64,000 nt of DNA from Candidatus Limnocylindrales bacterium (lineage in GTDB: Bacteria; Chloroflexota; Limnocylindria; Limnocylindrales; CSP1-4). Numbering within the stretch: position 1 is the stretch's first letter; every line of letters begins with the position of its first letter. The position numbers and the translations under genes are program-made. Under the pieces are notes generated by a model. That model saw only the letters and a program-made list of their open reading frames with translations, was not told the origin of the DNA and ran no database searches. Shown piece by piece: positions 57,040 through 64,000 of this stretch. The stretch is taken from NCBI GenBank assembly GCA_049967415.1, contig JBMFSS010000007.1:6629-70628 (forward strand), read 5' to 3'.

Positions 57040-58473
57040 ATGGGTCGACAGGGAATCGGACCAACCGCGATCCCGGCGGACGCATGGCCGTCGGGCGCGC
57101 CGCAGGCGACGGGGAGCGCGCCGGCGCTGCGCAGGCCCAAGACGCAGGTGCCCGCGGGGGTGCCGCAACGGTCCGATGTGGCGTGCGAGGTCTGCAGGTT
57201 CCAGGCCGACTCGGTCGAGCGGCGCATCGGCTGGGTGGAGGCCGAAGGGGTCAACGACGGCCCCTTCCTGCGCCGGTTCGTGGCCGCCGGCGGGTACTGC
57301 CCGCGGCACATGCGCCGGGTCCTGGCCGGGGTGGAGCGCCAGCGCTGGACCATTCCGATCCGCCTGGCGCTCCACGAGGTGGGCCGGCAGGTGGCGGGAA
57401 CGGGCGCCGGCCTGCAGCTCGAGCCGTGTTCGCTCTGCGAGCTGGAGCGCTGGACGGGCGCGTACGGGGTCTCGATCCTCGTCTCGGGTCATCCGCCGGT
57501 CCTTGGAGGTGCGCGCTGGCTTGGCCCCGAGGCGTTCGTCTGCCTCCGGCACGCCGCCGAGGTCGTCCAGGCGGGAGCAGGGGTGGATGCGCTGCAGCGC
57601 CTGGAGCGTGCCATGGAGGTCGCGTCGCAGGCGGATCTGCGGGGCGCGCTGTGTGCCCTGGCCGGGTCCGATCCCGCGGCCCGGGTGCGGTCGCCGTCAG
57701 GGCAGGTGTCCCCCGAGGGTCCGGGCCGGGCGACCGGGAGTCGGCCGCCCGCCATCCCGTGCCCTGGGTCCGGCGAGGTGTCCCCGGACTGGCTGCGGGG
57801 GGAGATCGAGGCGGGCCGCTGCCCGGCCTGCTCGGCGGCGGCATGCGCCGAGCACGCCCTCTTCGAGCGTGACGAGCCACGTGCGAACGCCGTGTTGTGC
57901 CCGGCCCACGCCTGGGACGCGGTGGATGCCGCCCCGGATCTCCTGCGGGCCGGGCTGGAGGGCACGCTTTCGGATGCCCGCGGCTGGCTGTCGGCGCAGG
58001 CAGTTGCCGCCGGCTCCGGGCATGCCCGGGGCGCTTCCGGCTGGCCCGGCGACCGAGGCACGTCCCGGGGCACCGGCATTCTCCAACGGCTTGCCGGCCG
58101 TCGGGCTGCCCCCCGGCCAGGTGGGTCCTGTTCCGTCTGCGTGGCCCAGGAGGCGGCCGTGGGCGCGGTCCTGCGCCTGCTCGCGGCTCGCCCGGAGACA
58201 TCCGTCCTGCCGCCGGGCTGGCCGGGTCTCTGCGCCCGGCACCTGGCGCGAGCCGGACGCGAGGTGCCGGGCGCTCGCAGCTGGCTGGCGGCGCTGGCGC
58301 GGTCCGCCAGCGCCCGCCTTGAGCAGAGCCTGGAGCCGGGACCCATGCCGGGCGACGAGGGGGAGCGGATCCTGTGGGAGGCGGCCGCCTACCTCGCCGG
58401 GGATGGGATTGGACGCGATCCCTGGCGCGCTCCTGATCCGGGCGTGGCCGGCAACACGATCTGGCTGCTCTGA
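57040..58473 (+). CDS. cysteine-rich repeat protein A of unknown family (four CxxC...C-x-x-H modules)
   Basis: AGGAAG ribosome-binding site then ATG. Modules: CEVCRF...(32 residues)...CPRH; CSLCEL...(33 residues)...CLRH; CPACSAAAC...(21 residues)...CPAH; CSVCVA...(28 residues)...CARH. Each is followed by a hydrophobic L/F-x-R-x-x-A segment. No signal peptide or TM helix. Confidence 0.6.
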   Translation: MGRQGIGPTAIPADAWPSGAPQATGSAPALRRPKTQVPAGVPQRSDVACEVCRFQADSVERRIGWVEAEGVNDGPFLRRFVAAGGYCPRHMRRVLAGVERQRWTIPIRLALHEVGRQVAGTGAGLQLEPCSLCELERWTGAYGVSILVSGHPPVLGGARWLGPEAFVCLRHAAEVVQAGAGVDALQRLERAMEVASQADLRGALCALAGSDPAARVRSPSGQVSPEGPGRATGSRPPAIPCPGSGEVSPDWLRGEIEAGRCPACSAAACAEHALFERDEPRANAVLCPAHAWDAVDAAPDLLRAGLEGTLSDARGWLSAQAVAAGSGHARGASGWPGDRGTSRGTGILQRLAGRRAAPRPGGSCSVCVAQEAAVGAVLRLLAARPETSVLPPGWPGLCARHLARAGREVPGARSWLAALARSASARLEQSLEPGPMPGDEGERILWEAAAYLAGDGIGRDPWRAPDPGVAGNTIWLL

Positions 58474-59204
58474 TGGAGCGCGCCATGGCACTGCCATCGG
58501 TCCCCGTGCCGGCGGCCCTCCGGAGGGAAGCGCGCCACCCACTCGGGGGTCTGGAAATCCAGTACTTCTGCTGGTTCGGGGCCGGGGAGATTGACAAGCC
58601 CGAAACCCGGGTGCAGCTCGCAGAGGCCTGGGGCATGTGCCACCGGCACGCTCTCGGGTTCCTGGCGGTGGAGGCGGCGGTGAACCGCGGCTGGCTCTTT
58701 CGGCCGGCGGTGGTCTACGACGATGTGCTCGATCGGGCGCGGAGCGCACTGGGGCGGCACCGGATCTTCGGCCGGCAGCGGATGATCGCGGACCTGCGGG
58801 CGGCGGAGCCCTGTGCACCGTGCGCTCTCGGTCTCTCGCCCGCGGATCCGGCCGCCCCAGCTGCAGCGGCCATCGTGGACGAAGGCGGGAACCTGGAGCC
58901 GTTGCGGGCGTTCGCTGCCGCCACGCGCGACCACTGGGGGCGATGGATCTGCGGGCGCTGCGCTGGCACCGCATCGCCGGCTCGCTGTCGACTGCATCTG
59001 GCGGACGACCTGGCTGCCGGCCGCCTGGTGGACCTCCGCGGGCAGCGCCAGCTGGTCGAGACGGTCTCGTCGCACCTCGCCACCTACGCCCGCTCCTTCG
59101 GCTGGTTGGGACGCGGGACCGATGTGCCGGCCGACCGCGCGGCGCTGATCGGCGCTGTCGGCTGGTGCGGGGGGTGGGAAAGCATCCTGCGGTATCTCGG
59201 CTGA
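58473..59204 (+). CDS. cysteine-rich repeat protein B of unknown family (paralogous half-size version of A)
   Basis: TGATG start-stop overlap with A. Modules C...CHRH and CAPC...(39 residues)...CGRC...(9 residues)...CRLH. Same spacing logic as A. Confidence 0.6.
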   Translation: MERAMALPSVPVPAALRREARHPLGGLEIQYFCWFGAGEIDKPETRVQLAEAWGMCHRHALGFLAVEAAVNRGWLFRPAVVYDDVLDRARSALGRHRIFGRQRMIADLRAAEPCAPCALGLSPADPAAPAAAAIVDEGGNLEPLRAFAAATRDHWGRWICGRCAGTASPARCRLHLADDLAAGRLVDLRGQRQLVETVSSHLATYARSFGWLGRGTDVPADRAALIGAVGWCGGWESILRYLG

Positions 59205-59211
59205 GACCGCG

Positions 59212-60627
59212 TCAGCCGGTCCCGCTCAGCCCCACCGCTGCTCCCACGCGGCGCGTCTGGCTCGAGAGCGCCTCGTCCGGCCGGGCGCCGGTCGAAGCCC
59301 GGTCGGCCCAGGCATGCCGCAGGACCCGAAGGACCGCCGTGGCGTTGGCCGAGACGGTTGCCGGGTAAGTGAACGTGACCGATCGCGCGGCCGCCGCGGC
59401 GGCCGGCTGGCTCAGCTCAACCCGGCCGATCAGGGGCGAGAGCGTGATCGAGATCGCCCGCAGGAAGCCCAGATCGAGGGTGCGGCATTCGCCGGCCACC
59501 AGGATGGCGAACCGCGTCGCAGTCAGGCCGACCGCGGCCGCCTGGGGTGTTCCATCTCTCCGCGGTGCGTAGAACGCCGCCAGCAGCGGCTCCGGGTCCA
59601 GATGCTCGCGCAGCGCAGCGACCGCCTGCAGGGCGTCGTCCTGCTGGTGGAAGAGGGCCGCAGGAGCGGGGTCGAAGTCGAGCGCCCGGGGAGCATAGCG
59701 GCGCACCATGGCCCGGCTCCCCTCCGCGGGAAGGAACCGCGCGAGCAGGTCGCGCATCACCTCCGCCTCGGGTCGAAGCTCCTCCGGCAGCGGGAAGGTG
59801 GCGCCACCTCCCCGGGTCTGGACCTGCAGCTCCACCACGTCGCCTCCCGACAGGCGGACGGCCTGCAGTGCCTCAACGGCCACCAGCCGCGCGTCGACAC
59901 CCCAATCCATCAGGTAGCGGTCGGGGGCCATGTGGTCCACCATCCAGATCAGCTGCCGGTCGGAGAGAACCAGCAGGCCGGCGCGCCGCTCCGCTCCCCG
60001 TCGTGACAGCCCCAGCAACCCGCCGCGGATCGCGTCCGGCGGCCGTTCGATGGCGTACAGCAGCCGCTCGTCGTCATCCAGGAGCCCCTCCAGCCCACGG
60101 ATGAAGCGAGGAGGCAGCCGATCCAGGCGATACTCGGGACGGGAATGCGGGGTGGTGAACCGCGCCTGGCCGGGATCGGCTGCCGCCGAGCGCCAGGCGC
60201 GGCCGCCCAGCAGCCTCCCGGCCTGGCGGCGCACCCGGAATCGCTGGCGCGCTTCCAGCGCCAGCCGGTCGGCGCCAGCCGCATCGACCCATCGCGCTTC
60301 CGGGGCGCGTGCCACCGTCCGGATCACCGACTCGGGTGGAAGGGGCTGGCCGGGCAGGTTCGCGACCAGCACGGTTCGATCGGGCGCCATGAGGGCCCCC
60401 GCCAGTTCGGCCGTCACGCGACAGCCCGCGAAACTGGATGCGGGAAGCGCGATCACTGCCGGCAGCGCGCTGCCGTCGCCCGCGTCCGAGTCGGCAAGGT
60501 GGGCGCGGTCGAGCCCCAGCCAGAGCCCGCCTTCGCGGCCGGCCGTGGCGCGCGCCAGGCCGTCCTCGACGCTCACCTCGAGGCCGGGTCCGAGGGCTTC
60601 ATCGACCACCAGGTCCACGCGGTTCAT
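59212..60627 (-). CDS. hypothetical protein (472 aa)
   Basis: Start at the ATG for MNRVDLVVDEALGPGLE, ATGA-coupled to the upstream HEAT protein gene. No recognisable motifs. Confidence 0.5.
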   Translation of the reverse strand: MNRVDLVVDEALGPGLEVSVEDGLARATAGREGGLWLGLDRAHLADSDAGDGSALPAVIALPASSFAGCRVTAELAGALMAPDRTVLVANLPGQPLPPESVIRTVARAPEARWVDAAGADRLALEARQRFRVRRQAGRLLGGRAWRSAAADPGQARFTTPHSRPEYRLDRLPPRFIRGLEGLLDDDERLLYAIERPPDAIRGGLLGLSRRGAERRAGLLVLSDRQLIWMVDHMAPDRYLMDWGVDARLVAVEALQAVRLSGGDVVELQVQTRGGGATFPLPEELRPEAEVMRDLLARFLPAEGSRAMVRRYAPRALDFDPAPAALFHQQDDALQAVAALREHLDPEPLLAAFYAPRRDGTPQAAAVGLTATRFAILVAGECRTLDLGFLRAISITLSPLIGRVELSQPAAAAAARSVTFTYPATVSANATAVLRVLRHAWADRASTGARPDEALSSQTRRVGAAVGLSGTG

Positions 60628-61088
60628 CTTCGTTCCGCCGCGACACGGGGCAAGCCTCCGGGACCGGCCGCCGCGCGCCGGACGATCACCGAAGGATGGG
60701 CTCGTGCGGCTGCCAGGTAGCCGTCCGCGACCGGATCGCCGATAAAGGCACGCAGGGCCCGTGCCGCCGCCGCCGCCCGATACGGGTCGCCCTGCCTTGC
60801 CAGCAGCCTGCCCAGCGGCTCGATGGCCCGCACCTCCTGCCGCCGGGCCAGCAGCATTGCAGCGAGGATGGCGGTGGCCGTGTCGGGGTGATCGAGCGCC
60901 CACAGCAGGCCGGCCTCAAAGTCGCGTGGCGCGTCCAGGGTGGCCCCGCACCGGGCGCAGGTTGTGCGCTCCCAGGCGTTCAGGGCGTAACAGGAAGGAC
61001 AGACCCGGGTCGGTCGTTCCCCGCGACCGGTCAAAGCCGGCCGGGGAACACCCGGAGGCCCGAGGAGATCCGAAGGCGAACCGGGCAT
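60624..61088 (-). CDS. zinc-ribbon plus HEAT-repeat (PBS-lyase-like) protein
   Basis: CPSCYALNAWERTTCARCG zinc ribbon followed by two or three HEAT-like repeats (ILAAMLLARRQEVRAIEPLGRLL..., DPYRAAAAARALRAFIGDP...). Confidence 0.5.
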   Translation of the reverse strand: MPGSPSDLLGPPGVPRPALTGRGERPTRVCPSCYALNAWERTTCARCGATLDAPRDFEAGLLWALDHPDTATAILAAMLLARRQEVRAIEPLGRLLARQGDPYRAAAAARALRAFIGDPVADGYLAAARAHPSVIVRRAAAGPGGLPRVAAERR

Positions 61089-61366
61089 CTTCCACCTCTC
61101 GAACAGTTCGAACAAGGTAGAAGCCGTCAGCGGATCCGCAGGTCGTCGCGCTCGCGACGGGCGGGCCTCATCACCCGGACTCATTTTAGCGCGATGGCCC
61201 GGGCCGCCCCGGCGGAGCCAGGGCCTGGGCGGGCAACCCGGGCCGTCTGGCCGATGACAGATCGCACGGGACGCGTACCCTTGAGGCCAATGTGCCGCCG
61301 CGTCGCCGCAAGGGCCCTGGGCCCCGGACTGGCGCGCGACCTCCGGCTGGCTGTGGAGGTTCTTGA

Positions 61367-62671
<1,305 letters not shown>

Positions 62672-62765
62672 TTCGCGGGTAACGGCCACGTCGGCGAGCG
62701 TGGCGAGCGTCGTCGGGTCGAGCCGTCTGCCCGGTTGGCCTGGCCGACAATCTGCGCCGTCTGCT

Positions 62766-62800
62766 GACAGCCTCTGCACCGTTCGGGTGCGGAGGCTGTC
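62766..62800 (+). terminator. stem-loop (15-bp stem, one G-U) about 95 nt downstream of eno
   Basis: GACAGCCTCTGCACC-gttcg-GGTGCGGAGGCTGTC followed by a T-containing tract (atggtttc). Confidence 0.45.
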
Positions 62801-62950
62801 ATGGTTTCGGAGGGTGGCAAGCGAGCGATATGCGCGCCGAGGGGCGGAGCGGCGCGCAGCGCCCCGCGGGAAGGGGCGCGGCGCGCTGTGGCCCGCGCAT
62901 CATGGCCCCGTCGACTAACAGGGCAGGAGGGACGCGTGGCTGGCAACGGG

Positions 62951-63433
62951 ATGGAGATCGAGCGCAAGTGGCTGCTGGCCGCGGCGCCAACGGCGGCGGA
63001 GCTGCAGCGGCTCGGTGACCGGCCGATCAGGATCGAGCAGGTCTATCTGCGGCCCCTGCCGGCCGCGCCCGTGCGTCGCGTGCGCCGGAGCGAGCAGGCG
63101 GGGCGGATCGACCACACATACACGGAGAAGGCACCGCTCGGGGGGATCGTGCGCTCGGAACGCGAGCACCCGATCGATGCGGCCGAGTACGCGCGGCTGC
63201 TCGGCGAAGCGGACCCGGCGCTGCACCCCATCCGCAAGACCCGCCACGTCTTCCCCTACGCGGGCAACACCCTGGAGCTGGACGTCTTCGATGAGCCCGC
63301 CGGGCTCGTGATCCTGGAGATCGAGTTCGACCGAGCCGACGCACCGGAACCAGCGCTGCCACCTGCGCTGCGGGTGGTCCGCGAGGTGAGCGAAGTCCCG
63401 GCGTACTTCAACGTCAACCTGGCTCGGGGGTAA
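62951..63433 (+). CDS. CYTH-domain protein (class IV adenylyl cyclase / triphosphatase-like)
   Basis: MEIERKWLL (ExExK motif), later ...ELDVFDEPAGLVILEIEFD acidic motifs. Confidence 0.75.
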   Translation: MEIERKWLLAAAPTAAELQRLGDRPIRIEQVYLRPLPAAPVRRVRRSEQAGRIDHTYTEKAPLGGIVRSEREHPIDAAEYARLLGEADPALHPIRKTRHVFPYAGNTLELDVFDEPAGLVILEIEFDRADAPEPALPPALRVVREVSEVPAYFNVNLARG

Positions 63434-64000
63434 TGGCCCGGCCGAAGATCCGGCGGTAGACGTCCTCGCCGTAGCTGGTCGTCAGCGGCTCACCCGGGAC
63501 CACCCGGAAGGTGCGCTCCCCGTCGGACCGACGTTCGGCGCGCAGGAAGAGGGCGCGCTCCGGGAGCAGCCGCTGGAAGCTGTCGGCCAGATCGAACATG
63601 TGTGTTACGTACAGGACCTTGACGCCGCTGTCGAGCAGCGCACGCACGACCTGGCGGGCGATCTCGGACCCCTCGCGCTCGCTGGTCGAGGCAAACGACT
63701 CGTTGAAGAACACCACGCCCTGTGGCGTGAGGCTGTCCACGATGGCGCTCATCCGCCGCAGCTCTTCGTCCAGCTTGCCGCTCCGCATGCTGGCGTCCTC
63801 TTCGCGCTTGAAGTGCGTGAAGATGCCGCTGCAGGCGTTGGCCCGAAAGGCCTCGGCGCCCACGAACATCCCATCCTGCAGCCCCGCTGGCTGGCGTAGC
63901 CGCGCGGCGCCCGCGCCGGATGCGCATCCTTGGCGGCCGCGGGCTGGGCCGGCGGACCGGGCTGCGCCACCCTGCCGCGCAGGGTGGCTACACTCGCCCT
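63414..64000 (-). CDS. MutS-family ATPase domain protein (C-terminal part; 5' end runs off the window)
   Basis: ...KLDEELRRMSAIVDSLTPQGVVFFNESFASTSEREGSEIARQVVRALLDSGVKVLYVTHMFDL resembles MutS domain V (ABC signature, Walker B and the D-loop/ThHyxEL segment). The frame stays open upstream of the first ATG to the window end. Confidence 0.45.
   Translation of the reverse strand, partial: GECSHPARQGGAARSAGPARGRQGCASGAGAARLRQPAGLQDGMFVGAEAFRANACSGIFTHFKREEDASMRSGKLDEELRRMSAIVDSLTPQGVVFFNESFASTSEREGSEIARQVVRALLDSGVKVLYVTHMFDLADSFQRLLPERALFLRAERRSDGERTFRVVPGEPLTTSYGEDVYRRIFGRAITPEPG

Overview
This is a high-GC (about 70%) bacterial chromosomal segment, densely packed with about 65 protein-coding genes on both strands. 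The lineage cannot be fixed from sequence alone; the gene content is compatible with a high-GC Actinobacteria- or Chloroflexi-like genome. Most of the window is ordinary core metabolism.

The main recognisable blocks are:
- a split B12-dependent acyl-CoA mutase: catalytic subunit at 6960..8639, and the B12-binding subunit plus MeaB (mutase-associated GTPase) about 17 kb away, next to 3-hydroxybutyryl-CoA dehydrogenase, an acyl-CoA dehydrogenase and a thiolase;
- a zur-znuA-znuC-znuB-arsR-trxA minus-strand cluster;
- a coaX-coaBC-panB-panC operon joined by overlapping start and stop codons;
- folE, tatA, gdh, ndk, hppA, uppP, greA, class I lysS, serS and eno;
- a GH1 beta-glucosidase gene paired with a PAP2-family membrane protein.

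One mobile element is present: an IS110-family insertion at 9828..11087 with 15-bp sub-terminal inverted repeats.

The most unusual locus is 56304..61088. Here a NifX/NifB-family cluster-binding protein lies divergent from two translationally coupled, cysteine-rich proteins (57040..59204). These are built from repeated CxxC ... C-x-x-H modules with no family I can name. Downstream and convergent is a two-gene operon encoding a zinc-ribbon/HEAT-repeat protein and a 472-aa unknown. I flag this as the best candidate for an undescribed metal or cofactor handling system.

Other points worth a second look:
- residues at the substrate-specificity positions of the mutase suggest isobutyryl-CoA mutase rather than methylmalonyl-CoA mutase;
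- a stand-alone B12-binding protein convergent with the mutase has a helical cap carrying a W-x9-E-H motif, as in CarH/AerR-type (B12 light-sensor) proteins;
- a DoxX-Rieske fusion protein;
- an orphan NuoN/MnhD-like membrane protein pair;
- several precise DNA motifs: a 21-bp perfect hairpin terminator, an ArsR-type operator palindrome, tandem repeats in three promoter regions, and a textbook sigma-70 promoter followed by a duplicated 12-mer upstream of greA.

I found no rRNA genes or CRISPR arrays, and no tRNA gene that I could recognise by eye. Many long ORFs in the track are antisense or frame artefacts of the high GC content and were not called.
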